Source: Parcubacteria group bacterium (GTDB lineage Bacteria > Patescibacteriota > Minisyncoccia > Phycocordibacterales > DATDWN01). Taken from it: a stretch of DNA of 64,000 bases. The notes below the pieces were generated by a model. It was not told the origin of the DNA. It was given only the letters and a program-made list of their open reading frames with translations, and did not search any database. The position numbers and the translations under genes were made by a program. Location: NCBI GenBank assembly GCA_035438705.1, contig DAORIV010000003.1, positions 4,699 to 68,698 of the forward strand. The letters are read 5' to 3'. Within the stretch, counting starts at the first letter, position 1. Each line of letters begins with the position of its first letter. Shown here piece by piece: positions 9,536 to 20,877 of the stretch.

Positions 9536-10672
9536 ATGAAAACAAAAATTTGTTTTTTGATAACCAAGGGCACATGGGGAGGAGCCCAAAGATATGTATA
9601 CAACCTTGCAGTGAATTTGCCTTCAAATAAATATGATGTTTTGGTAATTACAGGTTCCGGAGAAATACTAAGAGATAAATTGAGAGAAAAAGGAGTAAGG
9701 GCTTTTGAAATTAATAACCTAAAAAGAGACGTATCTCTACTATCCGAAATTAAAAGCTTTATAAAAATACTAAAAATACTTCACAATGAAAAACCCGATG
9801 TTCTTCATTTAAATAGTCCTAAAGCTAGTGGATTAGGATCATTAGCTGGAAAACTATTAGGGGTAAAAAAGATTATACAAACGGTACATGGATGGTCATT
9901 TAATGAAGACAGGAACATATTTTCTAAATCTTTAATCTACATTTTTTCAAACATTACTACTATTCTATGTGATAAGACTATTGTCATAGCCAAAAAAGAA
10001 AAAAATCAGGCTCTTAAGATGCCGTTTGTGAACGATGAAAAGATTGTTCTTATAAGAAACGGGGTAGAAAAATTAGATTACATAAATAAAACTATCGTTA
10101 GAGAAGCATTGATAAATAGAACAGATGGAAAAGTAAGAGAACATATAAACAGTAAAACACTATGGATTGGAACCGTATCCGAACTTCATAATAATAAAGG
10201 GTTAGAATATATGATAAACTCACTTTCAAAAATAAAAAGTAATTTTGTATTTTTTATAATAGGTGAAGGTGAAGAAAGAAAAAAATTACACAAACTCATT
10301 AGACAAAAAGGCTTGGAAAACAAAGTTTTCCTCGTTGGCTTTATTGATATAGCAAATCTCTATCTAAAGGCATTCGATATTTTTACTCTGACCTCCAAAA
10401 AAGAAGGTCTCCCATATGCTGTACTAGAGGCTGGTGGTGCTGGAGTTTGTGTGTTGGCAAGTAATGTTGGAGGTATACCAGATATTATTGATCACAACAG
10501 GAACGGTTTATTAGTAAGTGTTGGGAATGAAAAAGAAATCCAAAAAAATATTGAATTTCTAGAAACAAATACCCACAGAAGAGCTGAACTTGGTAAAAAT
10601 CTAAAACAGAAAATTGATAAAGAATTTAGCATAGATCAAATGCTTAAAAAAACCTTCTTACTTTACAAATAG
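9536..10672 (+). CDS. GT4 family glycosyltransferase
   Basis: GGAQRYV; EGLPYAVLEA...SNVGGIPDII. Confidence 0.9.
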   Translation: MKTKICFLITKGTWGGAQRYVYNLAVNLPSNKYDVLVITGSGEILRDKLREKGVRAFEINNLKRDVSLLSEIKSFIKILKILHNEKPDVLHLNSPKASGLGSLAGKLLGVKKIIQTVHGWSFNEDRNIFSKSLIYIFSNITTILCDKTIVIAKKEKNQALKMPFVNDEKIVLIRNGVEKLDYINKTIVREALINRTDGKVREHINSKTLWIGTVSELHNNKGLEYMINSLSKIKSNFVFFIIGEGEERKKLHKLIRQKGLENKVFLVGFIDIANLYLKAFDIFTLTSKKEGLPYAVLEAGGAGVCVLASNVGGIPDIIDHNRNGLLVSVGNEKEIQKNIEFLETNTHRRAELGKNLKQKIDKEFSIDQMLKKTFLLYK

Positions 10673-10747
10673 GTTCTCAGATATTTCTTAGAATTTTCTT
10701 TATTTCCACATCCTTTCAGCGCAGAAATCGTACAAAAATACCAGAAA

Positions 10748-11881
10748 TTATTGAACGCCAACCAGTTCGTTGGAAACAGTGTCTTTATGCACACTCCGAG
10801 AATTTTTTCGTAGACCCATTAGTATTCCTAAACCAAAAAATTCAGCTAGCAAATGACTGCCTCCGTAACTCATAAATGGCAAAGTGTTTCCAGTAACTGG
10901 CAAAAGTCCAATATTCATTCCTATGTGAATTATCGAATGAACCAAAAATAATATAACCAATCCTAAACCAAATAATATCTCAAAATTACTCCCCCCTTGA
11001 AATGAAATTTTAAGCATTCTCCAAAAAACTATCCCATACAAAACCAAAAGCAATGTGACCCCGAAAAACCCCCATTCTTCAGCAAATGCTGCGAATATAA
11101 AATCTGTCTGATACTCTGGCAAAAACTGAAGTTTGGACTGTGTTCCATAACCAATTCCCTTTCCAAAAAACTGCCCAGAACCTACTGCAATCGTAGATTG
11201 ATAAGCATTATAGCCTGTACCTCTTATGTCTGTTAGTGGGTTGAGAAAAGTCATTATTCTTGCCTTTTGATAGGGTTTAAATGCAAACAACCATAAACCA
11301 CTAAATGCCAAAGCTCCTAATAGAAATACTGCTAGTAAATGCTTTTTGGATATCCCAGAAACCAGAACCATACCCAACCAAACACAAAATATAATTATTG
11401 CTGAACCGAAATCAGGTTGTAATAGAACCAGCAGAAAAATAGTAAATACATATGCGCCAGACACCAGTATGTGTCTAATGTTTGCTATTTCAATATGTCT
11501 TCTGGAAAAATATTTCGCTAGTAAAAGTATGATAACAATTTTAACAGGATCAACAGGTTGAAATGAGAAAGCACCAAAATCAAACCAACTTTGAGCTCCC
11601 TTTGTGACCGTTCCTAGAATAAAAAGTAAAAATAATAATCCAGTAGAAATTAAAAAAAGTGTTACTATTACCCTACTATTTTTAAGAAAACTCCAATCAA
11701 ACGTACTTGAAACAAAAAACACTAAACTTGAGACAAGTATCCATATTATCTGCCTATCAAAAAAACTACTTTGTCCTGAAAATGAATTCATGGTAAAAAG
11801 TCCCGCCAAGCATATACAAAGCACACTAATATATAGAACCCAATCAACATCCTTAAAGATATTACGAATTAAATTTATCAT
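10748..11881 (-). CDS. rodA: Rod shape-determining SEDS protein RodA
   Basis: LQPDFGS, GSGQFFGKG, FLPEYQTDFIFA, LPFMSYGGS. Confidence 0.88.
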   Translation of the reverse strand: MINLIRNIFKDVDWVLYISVLCICLAGLFTMNSFSGQSSFFDRQIIWILVSSLVFFVSSTFDWSFLKNSRVIVTLFLISTGLLFLLFILGTVTKGAQSWFDFGAFSFQPVDPVKIVIILLLAKYFSRRHIEIANIRHILVSGAYVFTIFLLVLLQPDFGSAIIIFCVWLGMVLVSGISKKHLLAVFLLGALAFSGLWLFAFKPYQKARIMTFLNPLTDIRGTGYNAYQSTIAVGSGQFFGKGIGYGTQSKLQFLPEYQTDFIFAAFAEEWGFFGVTLLLVLYGIVFWRMLKISFQGGSNFEILFGLGLVILFLVHSIIHIGMNIGLLPVTGNTLPFMSYGGSHLLAEFFGLGILMGLRKNSRSVHKDTVSNELVGVQ

Positions 11882-11923
11882 TTATTTATAAATTGTAGAT
11901 ACACATACCAGCCGAAACAGAAG

Positions 11924-13276
11924 CTACTTATAAATTACATTTATAACATTAGGTTTTTTCTGGCACAAATTAGATGCAATGTTTGCATAAACCGTTGAAA
12001 GAGTCTCTTTTGTTGGTGATAGAAAATAATAACTATCTTTCGTAGAAATAGACTTTAGAAAACCGTCACTGACATTTTTACCCAAACCAACAGTGTATAT
12101 CTCAATGTTTGAATTTTTTATAGTTTCTGCTGTCTGTTGTGCAGAAAGCGTTGGAAAATCAGGATTATTTGGGTCCACTGGCAAAGTAGGTAATCCATCT
12201 GTTAAAAATATTATTGCTTTCTTTGATGATGATCTTGCAACTCCTGAGGTCAATTCAGTTAGTGCATCCTGTAAACCAGCATGGATATTAGTATTTTCTT
12301 GTGTAGTCGTACTCAAAGATAAATTCTCTATAGACGTAATTACACTCTGTTTATCTAAAGATAAGTTATTTTCTATCTTAGATAAATTTCCAAAAGTAAC
12401 TATAGAAACCTGATCATCTGTTTTTAGATTCTTAACAAAATTCTTTGCAGTATTTACCACGGTAGTGAATGGTTCTGGTGGAAACAGTCCTTCACTTCTC
12501 ATGCTTCCTGACCTGTCTAATGCTAATACAACATCTAATGGAGCAGTGCAAGATTCCACACCAAGGTCAAATGGTTTAGGCCATGTAAAAACAAAATCCT
12601 GTGTACTTTTTCTTATTAGATTTTCAACAAAGGATCTACTTGCTGCCACCACATTCTGATTGCCATCCAAAACAAAAACTGCTAATTCTATTTCTTTAAT
12701 ATTGGTTGAGGAGTTATTGGTTATAGTTCCAGAAATTCTTGGAATTGTGCTAGTAGATATTAAAGTACCATATTTTAGAGTTACATCAGGTTCAGGCTCA
12801 GTATCCTTTAGCCAAGATGAAAACGCTGTAAAATCCATATCTACACTTTTTGGCTTACTACCTTTCAACACTAAACCATTTTCAAAAACCGCGAATTTTT
12901 TTCCTTTTGGAATACTTGTTTGCCCTTCTTTGACAGTTATCAGCTTGTTACTTTCATCGTATATTTTGAATTCATAATTAGCTCTTTCATTTCGAGAATT
13001 AATATTTGGATTTTCTACATAAGAAACTAAAGTATACACATCACCTGAAACATTAAATATTTTGGACCACAAAACAATTGGTTCCAATGTCTCAGCACTA
13101 CAAAGATTTACACAACCGCCCCCACAGTCAACACCTGTTTCATCTCCATTTTTCAAACCATCCATACAAGTAGGAGCTTTATAAAAAACCTTATAGAAAA
13201 TAGTTAAACTTATAATTAATAATATAAGAACAAAAGTTCCTCCATATATTAGTCTTCCTCTAGATGCCCATGACAT
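11924..13276 (-). CDS. Membrane-anchored VWA-domain protein with a Cys-rich motif
   Basis: TM helix; TCMDGLKNGDETGVDCGGGC; MIDAS-type DRSGSM and LTDG motifs. Confidence 0.85.
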   Translation of the reverse strand: MSWASRGRLIYGGTFVLILLIISLTIFYKVFYKAPTCMDGLKNGDETGVDCGGGCVNLCSAETLEPIVLWSKIFNVSGDVYTLVSYVENPNINSRNERANYEFKIYDESNKLITVKEGQTSIPKGKKFAVFENGLVLKGSKPKSVDMDFTAFSSWLKDTEPEPDVTLKYGTLISTSTIPRISGTITNNSSTNIKEIELAVFVLDGNQNVVAASRSFVENLIRKSTQDFVFTWPKPFDLGVESCTAPLDVVLALDRSGSMRSEGLFPPEPFTTVVNTAKNFVKNLKTDDQVSIVTFGNLSKIENNLSLDKQSVITSIENLSLSTTTQENTNIHAGLQDALTELTSGVARSSSKKAIIFLTDGLPTLPVDPNNPDFPTLSAQQTAETIKNSNIEIYTVGLGKNVSDGFLKSISTKDSYYFLSPTKETLSTVYANIASNLCQKKPNVINVIYK

Positions 13277-13325
13277 AACAACATTATACAGGGATTAGTT
13301 GTTAGTTTCTAGTTATTTTAAAAAT

Positions 13326-13349
13326 AAAAAACACCTTTCGGTGTTTTTT
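13326..13349. terminator. Intrinsic terminator after 5S rRNA
   Basis: AAAAAACACC-TTTC-GGTGTTTTTT. Confidence 0.8.
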
Positions 13350-13364
13350 GTTTTTAAAAACTTA

Positions 13365-13474
13365 GTTCTGGCGCCTAGCTACTCTCCCACATAGTAGTAC
13401 CATCGCCTCAACAGAGCTTAACTGCCGTGTTCGGAATGAGAACGGGTGTGACCTCTGCGATAAAGCACCAAAAC
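13365..13474 (-). rRNA. rrf: 5S rRNA
   Basis: Sense ...CACACCCGTTCTCATTCCGAACACGGCAGTTAAGC...GATGGTACT...GGGAGAGTAG; ends approximate. Confidence 0.93.
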
Positions 13475-13981
13475 TAAATTTTCAAAGTAAAACTTCATGG
13501 CTTCATACCATGTAACAGAACAAAGTAGTGATTGTTAAATTTCCTAATAGAAATCGGCTAATTAGTACACCTCGGCTACACATATTGCTATGCTTCCACC
13601 TAGTGCCTATCACGTGATCATCTCTCACGGGCCTCAAACGATTCCTAATCTTGAAGTTGGTTTCACTCTTAGATGCTTTCAGAGTTTATCCATTCCCGAC
13701 TTAGCTACTCTGCGGTGCCCTTGGCAGGACAGCAGACACACCAGAGGTCAGTTCACCCCGGTCCTCTCGTACTAGGGGCAAATCTTCTCAAGAATCAACG
13801 CCCACAGTAGATAGGAGACCAACCTGTCTCACGCATGTTTCCACAAATTACTTTGTGCATTGGACTATAACTTCATGTACCGAAAGGCACACTGTTGATG
13901 TTTAGTCTCTACGGGCGTTTATGAATTTCATCAAGAATGCGATACAAAATCGCAAATGTTTTGTTGCCACCCAAAAAAGGG

Positions 13982-14064
13982 TGGCGACCCTAACTGGATT
14001 CGAACCAGTGTCCTCGCTTTTCTTTTGGATGAGCAAGTGTCCTAGGCCTCTGGACGATAGGGTC
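13982..14064 (-). tRNA. tRNA-Glu-like element with an expanded (~15 nt) anticodon loop, inside the 23S intron
   Basis: Acceptor GACCCTA/TAGGGTC plus GCCA; D arm GTCC-AGAGGCCTA-GGAC; stem CTTGC/GCGAG; T arm ACTGG-TTCGAAT-CCAGT. Confidence 0.75.
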
Positions 14065-14102
14065 CTAACAAAACGAAAGAACGACATTTCTCACTTGAGA
14101 AA

Positions 14103-14187
14103 TGGCGGTAGTGAAAATGAGATCCCTGTACTAGCGGTCCTCGCTCTTCGAGCCAACGGCGTGCCAGTCTGGTCTATCTTCACTACC
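14103..14187 (-). ncRNA. Unclassified 85-nt hairpin RNA ending in GCCA, inside the 23S intron
   Basis: GGTAGTGAAGAT pairs with ATTTTCACTACC, followed by GCCA; inner stems CTGGC/GCTAG and GCTC/GAGC. Confidence 0.5.
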
Positions 14188-15042
14188 TCAACAATTCTTG
14201 ATGAAATTCACAAACTTCCCTCGGTATTATCCAAAACAAAAAATTAAATTGTTTGGACTCCACCGATATAAATCAACTTTAATCGCACGAATGCGACCGC
14301 CGTGATTTGATTGGTTCCTTATCTTTATTCATAAACGAAAATTCCTCTGAGGATTCAGATTGTGGAGAAATCCAGATTTTTTAGCAAGCTAAAAAGAAAT
14401 GAAATTCTCCACGGTCTGAACCCAGCTCGCGTAAGATTTTAAATGGCGAACAGCCATACCCTTGGGAGCTTCTTCACCCCCAGGATATCTTGAGCCGACA
14501 TCGAGGTGCCGAACTGTGCCGTCGCTATGGACGCTTAGGCACAACCAGCCTGTTATCCCCAGGGTAGCTTTTATCCGATAATCTCCGGCCGCCTCTAAAA
14601 CGGACCGTCGGTTCACTATGTTCCACTTTCGTGTCTGTTTGACAAGTACGTCTTACAGTTAAGCCAGCTTATGCCATTACACTATCGGTATGGTTTCCAT
14701 TCACACCTAGCTGACCTTAATAAACTCCTCCGTTACTCTTTAGGAGGATAGCGCCCCACTAAAACTGCCCACCAGAAACTGTCTCTGTCCGTTTTTTCCG
14801 TACAGGTTAGAAAGTATATCAAACAAGATGGCTATTTCACTGACGACTCCAGGCTACCCGAAAGTGCCCTTCAAAGTCTCACCACTATGCTACGCATGCA
14901 AAACATACCCTCAATATCAAGTTGCAGTAAAGCTCCTGGGGTCTTTTCGTCTAACTGCGGGTAACCGGCATCTTCACCGGTATTGTATTTTCACCGAGCA
15001 AATCCCCGAGACAGTTCTCCAGTCATTATACCATTCGTGCAC

Positions 15043-15390
<348 letters not shown>

Positions 15391-16802
15391 CAGGGCTTAT
15401 ATAATCAACCTAAAATCTTGCGACTCTCGGCTACCATATTTGACCTTCTGGCATTGGTCAGGCATCACCCCCTATACATCCTCTTACGAGTTCGCAGGGA
15501 GCTGTGTTTTTGATAAACAGTTGCCAGAGATACTTTAGCTGCGGCCCACCGAAGTGGGCAAGCCTTATTCCGAAGTTACGGCTGCTTTTTTGCCGAGTTC
15601 CTTGGGGATCTCTCACTCGTTCGCCTTGGTCTACTCGACCTGACTACCTGTGTCGGTTTACGGTACGGATCTTATGTGATTAAGCTTAGAAATTTTTCTT
15701 GAAAGCGTGCTTTGTATAATCCCCTAGACTTACGCCCGGGTTTAAATACTGCTTGGTATTATCATTTAAGAAAGTGTGCGGATTTACCTACACAGCTACC
15801 TCACAGTACATACTCAAATCCAATAATGAGCTATACATACTACCCTCCGTCCTTCCATCGCATCACACAAAAGTGCAGGAATATTAACCTGCTGTCCATC
15901 GGCTGCGACTCTCGTCATTGCCTTAGGCCCGACTAACCCTGCTCTGATTGACATTGAACAGGAAACCTCAGTCTTTCGGCGCTGGGGGTTCTCGCCCCAG
16001 TTGTGGTTACTTGTGCCAACATTCTTACTTCGCAACGCTCCAGCGTGGGTCACCCCTTCGCCTTCACAGCAGATACGAATACTCTCCTACCGCTTGTCTT
16101 TTCCGAAGAAAAAACAAACCCTCAGTTTCGGTACATAACTTAGCCCCGATTATTTGCGGCGCGGAATCTCTTACTGAGTGAGCTGTTACGCTATCTTTCA
16201 AGGGTGGCTGCTTCTAAGCCTACCTCCTCAGTGTCTACGAAATTCCACCACCTTAAGCGCACTTAGTTATGATTTAGGGACCTTAAATAGAGATCTAGGC
16301 TGTTTCCTTTTTGACGTACGGAGCTTAGCCCCCGCCGTCTAACTGCCGTATAGTTAATCTTCCGTATTCGGAGTTTGATAGGTCTCACGAGATTGCTCCC
16401 TGTTGAGACCTTCCAGTGCTCTACCCCGGAAGGGTAAATACGACGCTAGCCCAAAAGCTATTTCGGAGAGAACCAGCTATTACCAGGCTCGATTAGCTTT
16501 TCACTTCTTACCACAAGTCATCCCAATGTATTGCACGGCAAACGGGTTCGGGCCTCCATCTATCTTTCGATAAACTTCACCCTGCTCATGGCAAGCTCGC
16601 TCTGGCTTCGGGTCTAATGCACACGATATATTCGCGCTATTCACACTCGGTTTCCCTGAGACTCCATCCGACAAAGGACTTAGTCAAACCGCGTACATTA
16701 ACTCGTTGGCTCATTCTTCAATAGGCACGCCGTGACGGATATAAATACCCGCTCCGACTCCTTGTAAGCATATGGTTTCAGATCTATTTCACTCCCCTTA
16801 TA

Positions 16803-16845
<43 letters not shown>

Positions 16846-17748
16846 ATCTTTAAATGTATTTAGCCTTACCGGTTAGTACCGGCAGATTCCTCCGAGCTAT
16901 TCATGTCTCGAAGTACTCAAGAACAGAAACAAAGAAGATATTATTTTTTCGCTCACGGGACCATTACCCTCTAGGGTTGTGCTTTCCAGCACATTAAACT
17001 AAAATAATATTTTTTAACTTCTCTCACAATAAATTGTGACGTCTCTGCCTTACAACCCCACCCCGCCATCCTCATTTCCAATTTCTCAGAAACAAAGATA
17101 GAAGGGTGGTTTGGGCTTTTGCGTTTTCGCTCGCCGCTATTTACGCAATAACAATTGTTCTCTTTTCCTCCAGGTACTGAAATGTTTTACTTCCCTGGGT
17201 GCACGATCTAGATAAACTCTAGACCAACGACATGTAGTCGTTAGGTTTCCCCATTCAGAAATTTTCGGATTAACGGTTGCTAGGCACCTCCCCGAAACTT
17301 ATCGCAGCCATGCTACGTCTTTCATCGCCATTTAAAGTCAAGGCATCCACCATACGCTCTTAAATTTCCCATTAGGAAATTTAAAAACCACAAGTTACAA
17401 AAAACGACCACTCGCTTTTTATAACAATTACTTTGTTCTGTTACATATTATGTAACAGATGTTTGTTTTGTATTCCTACAATCAGAATACAAAACTGTTT
17501 TACTTTTTCCATCTACACTTTCCGAAAAGACCCCGGACCAAAGTCCGAAATTTTTAAATGTGTGATGGCATGAACCCTGGGAAAGATTGCGTCTTTCTTT
17601 CGGGAATATTTTCAAGGGACTCTTCAGATATCCTTGTTAAGAAAATCGCTCCTATTCAGAGCGATTTTCGAGCAACAACCTATTAGGCGTTTATCGTTTT
17701 GATCGCTTTGAATTTGGTTGAATTTTTAACATATCTGAGATAGGGGTA

Positions 17749-17777
17749 AGTATATAGGAGAGTGTTTGTAATGTCAA
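17749..17777 (-). promoter_or_regulatory. rRNA (23S-5S) promoter
   Basis: TTGACA-N17-TATACT on the minus strand, ~370 nt upstream of 23S. Confidence 0.8.
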
Positions 17778-17865
17778 ATACCATATTTGCTTTATTTGTG
17801 TGGACAAAATACAAATAAAAAAGCCCATTTTATGGGCTTTTTTATAAATCAAAAAATATATTATT

Positions 17866-18555
17866 TTAGTGATTTGAAGACATTTTCTCAGAAACTTTTG
17901 ACACAACCCTACTAGCAGCCTCTTGTCCTCCAAGTCCAAATGAAAGACCTAAAGCTAGAGAAACTGCTACTACAAATCCTGTAAATAGAGTTTGTATGAA
18001 AGCACCAGCAATACCCATTTGTGATAGGGCTACCAAAATAGCAAATACCCACACAGCCCATTTTGATACTAGACCCAAGAAGTTTGCTTGTGATACTTCT
18101 GCAGCTTTTGCTGAAGCAGTAACCACTCTTGATAGAACATCACCAACTACACCTCCTACCATAAGAACAAGAACTGAGATGATAAGTTGTGGTAGATATC
18201 CTGTTACGATTTGTCTTAGAAAGTTTGTAACTTGATCCAAACCAAGTACATCAAAACTTGCGATTAGGAAAACAACAATTACAAAATATTTAACTAGACT
18301 TCCAATAAAGTGTCCTGAATTTAATTCCAATCCAGATCGCTTTACTAGTTTTCCAACACCAGCTCTTTCTAGAGAGTCATCAAATTTTATCATTTGCATA
18401 AAATGTGAAATTCCCCTAGATATTAGTGCACCTATTGCCCAACCCAAGCACAATATAACTATTGCAACTACAAGGTTTGGAATAAATGTGATTACACCAA
18501 CCCAAAGTGATTGAAATGAAGCTTCTAAAACCTCACGCCATGTATTAAGAATCAT
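17866..18555 (-). CDS. Multi-pass membrane protein, TM_helix/CmpX (MscS N-terminal-like)
   Basis: Repeated 'IPNLVVAIVIL..GW.I' and 'YLPQLIIS.LVL..G' helices; C-terminal ALGLSFGLGG; start placed at MILNTW. Confidence 0.75.
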   Translation of the reverse strand: MILNTWREVLEASFQSLWVGVITFIPNLVVAIVILCLGWAIGALISRGISHFMQMIKFDDSLERAGVGKLVKRSGLELNSGHFIGSLVKYFVIVVFLIASFDVLGLDQVTNFLRQIVTGYLPQLIISVLVLMVGGVVGDVLSRVVTASAKAAEVSQANFLGLVSKWAVWVFAILVALSQMGIAGAFIQTLFTGFVVAVSLALGLSFGLGGQEAASRVVSKVSEKMSSNH

Positions 18556-18649
18556 ATAAACAATATTAAATAATAATAAGTATATTATACCACCCCTGTA
18601 AAACCCCTTTCCATACCCTACTGTGCATAAGAGCAGAGTCTCCAAATAT

Positions 18650-19243
18650 CTATTCTAAGCCTAATTTATTGAGTATTTTTTTATGAGGATAGTCTAAAAT
18701 GTCTCTAGTTAGCTTGTCGAACATGCTTAGTCTGTATTTAAAATCCTCAGTAGTGAAGTGGGCGTACTTTAGCTCCTTACCTATCTCTGCCTCCAAGCTA
18801 AGCATGAGACTTTCCAAGTTAGATCTTTTAATACCATCACCTACTATAAACACATCCACTCGACTTTCTGGATCTTGAATAAAAACACCAGCTACAATAA
18901 TAAGCTTTATCGAACCAAGTTTTGAAATCTTTTTTATTAATTCTTTTGGTTGTAGGGGCTCTAGATTAATCAAAAAATTTTGAAGCGGAAGTAAGTATGA
19001 AAAATTTGTATTCATAATATAACCTTGAACATGTTTTCCGTTTCTAGACCCCACTCTCCTTTTCAAAAAATCTATTTTCTCTAACAACAATATTTCTCTT
19101 CTAACTCTTGATGTGTCTTCATCAATTTTTTCACTTATAGTTTTTGAATCAAAAATTCTATCAGGACTGAACAAAAATAATCTCATTATTTTTACCTTTG
19201 TTTCCGATCCGAAAAGTTTCCCGAGCGTTTCCATGGGACTCAT
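18650..19243 (-). CDS. Winged-helix plus nucleotidyltransferase-like fold protein
   Basis: LFGSETKVKIMRLF HTH-like N-terminus; SRVDVFIVGD in the C-terminal domain. Confidence 0.6.
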   Translation of the reverse strand: MSPMETLGKLFGSETKVKIMRLFLFSPDRIFDSKTISEKIDEDTSRVRREILLLEKIDFLKRRVGSRNGKHVQGYIMNTNFSYLLPLQNFLINLEPLQPKELIKKISKLGSIKLIIVAGVFIQDPESRVDVFIVGDGIKRSNLESLMLSLEAEIGKELKYAHFTTEDFKYRLSMFDKLTRDILDYPHKKILNKLGLE

Positions 19244-19356
19244 TATAAGGATTTTTGTAATTAGGGAAAGAGTTGACTTTTCAACAGAAAATTACGAAAA
19301 ATAACAAAAAAACCGAACTAGAATGTTCGGTTTTTTGTTAATTTTAGTGTTACCTT

Positions 19357-19512
19357 GTCAGGAATATTTTGTTCGCCGACGCACGGTGGTTTTCCGCTTC
19401 CTTACAGGAACTGTACACCTATTCTATTTTTTACTTCATAAATTCGTAAAAAATTATCATAGGTCTTGCGTTTGGGTCCCAACCCAAACTCACCCCGCCT
19501 CGCAACCTGTCC
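19357..19512. repeat. Structured dispersed repeat, family A
   Basis: AGGTCTTGCG-[hairpin]-CTCACCCCGCCTCG at 19461-19502 is shared with 62809-62850; 19357-19410 resembles 34503-34577. Confidence 0.65.
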
Positions 19513-19532
19513 GTAAAGTAACTTTGAAATTA

Positions 19533-19934
19533 CTATTTCAAAGTTACTTTCGCTCCTGCCTCCTCAAGAGATTTCTTTAGTTTCTCTGCGTCTTCTTTCT
19601 TCATTCCTTCCTTTAGCATTGCTGGAGCACCATCAACTAGATCCTTAGCTTCCTTTAGACCAAGTCCTAGAGCTTCTTTAACAACCTTAATAACTGCAAT
19701 TTTTTGTGCACCTCCATCTGTTAGTTCAACAGATTTTGTAGATGATTCATCTGCACCACCCGCTGCTGCACCTCCTGCTGGAGCTGCTACAGCTACAGCT
19801 GCTGCTGATACTCCGAATTTCTCTTCTAAGTGTTTTACTAGCTCATGTAGATCTAGTACTGACATTTTTTCTATTGCTTCTACTACAGCTTTGAATTTTG
19901 CTGGAGTTTCAACTATTTTGTTTTCTGTTTCCAT
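19533..19934 (-). CDS. rplL: 50S ribosomal protein bL12 (L7/L12)
   Basis: [11 protein letters not shown]; [22 protein letters not shown]. Confidence 0.97.
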   Translation of the reverse strand: METENKIVETPAKFKAVVEAIEKMSVLDLHELVKHLEEKFGVSAAAVAVAAPAGGAAAGGADESSTKSVELTDGGAQKIAVIKVVKEALGLGLKEAKDLVDGAPAMLKEGMKKEDAEKLKKSLEEAGAKVTLK

Positions 19935-19989
19935 AATAATATTTTAATTATTTTTTTCTGTTAAATTTATAAAATTATCTACGATAATT

Positions 19990-20487
19990 TTATGCTTGTG
20001 TCTCCTTCTTTTTTGCCACCTCACTTAGTGCCATAACGAAACCTTGTATTGGTGAATTGATAAGATTAACAAATTGAGCTTGTAGAGTTTTAAGACTTGG
20101 AATTTGTGAGATAACCAACATCTCTTCCTTTGTCATAAATTTATTTTCAAAAACTCCACCAACTATTTGTATCTTCTTTTCAAGTTTCTTTTGAAACTCG
20201 TAAACCCCTCTAGCTCCTTCAATAGGATCAGTACCATAAACTATACCGAGCTCACCTGGTAATTCTGGCATTTGACCTTCAAATCCAGCTTCACTAAGAG
20301 CTTTCTTAGTTAGTGTTTTCTTTGCAATGGTATATCCAACCCCTTTTTCTCTCAAAGCCTTTCTTATTATTGAAGACTCTGATACTGGAAGAGCATGAAA
20401 GTTTATAAAAACAATCGAAGAAGAGTCCTTAACTATTTTCTGTAGTTTAGATAGGATCTCCCCCTTTTTTTCTCTTGTTAAAGCCAT
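19990..20487 (-). CDS. rplJ: 50S ribosomal protein uL10
   Basis: IAKKTL; IPSLKTLQAQFVNLINSP; immediately upstream of rplL. Confidence 0.95.
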   Translation of the reverse strand: MALTREKKGEILSKLQKIVKDSSSIVFINFHALPVSESSIIRKALREKGVGYTIAKKTLTKKALSEAGFEGQMPELPGELGIVYGTDPIEGARGVYEFQKKLEKKIQIVGGVFENKFMTKEEMLVISQIPSLKTLQAQFVNLINSPIQGFVMALSEVAKKKETQA

Positions 20488-20764
20488 ATTTATTAAAACC
20501 TGTAAATTTGGCGAACTCCTTCGTTAAAAGTTTAAAAATTCTCGTCAATGTACAATGTGTACACCTCCTCGCCTTTTCAAACTTTTGCCTTGGATTTCAT
20601 CCAAATTAATAAGTTTTAGATATATTAATTTATAATGTGCGACCTTTTCTAAGGTGGGATTGGGTTGAAACCCAATCGCAAGACTTTCTTCTAATCTTTT
20701 ACGAATTCAATGAAGTAAAAGATTGAAAAAGTGTACTGATCCTGTAAGGATAAGTAAGATTTTA

Positions 20765-20806
20765 CAATCTCGGGCGGACTTACAATTGCCACCTGTCTTT
20801 GACCTT
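20765..20806 (-). promoter_or_regulatory. L10 leader (autoregulatory RNA)
   Basis: Sense GGTCAAAGACAGGTGG...CCGCCCGAGA resembles the AAGAC..GG/CC..CGAG core, upstream of rplJ. Confidence 0.65.
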
Positions 20807-20877
20807 ATGGGTAACACTTTATAAAAAATAGGGAAGTTTGTCAACAAAAAAGAGGGAAGTCACTTCCCTCTTTTTTG

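Larger units (their letters stand above)
13834..14410 (-). ncRNA. Group I intron at 23S site 2593 (577 nt), no homing endonuclease gene
   Basis: Exons join as TCAGACCGT|CGTGAGACAG and the intron ends in G. P3 GTTGAT/ATCAAC, P4 TCGGT/ACCGA, R GTAGAGACTA, S AAGTTATAGTCC. Confidence 0.9.

Noticed and set aside
14103-14187. SRP (4.5S) RNA or tRNA-Sec identity for the hairpin RNA
   Set aside because: It lacks the SRP helix-8 CAGG..GNRA..AGCAG motif, and it has no T-loop or UCA anticodon arm.
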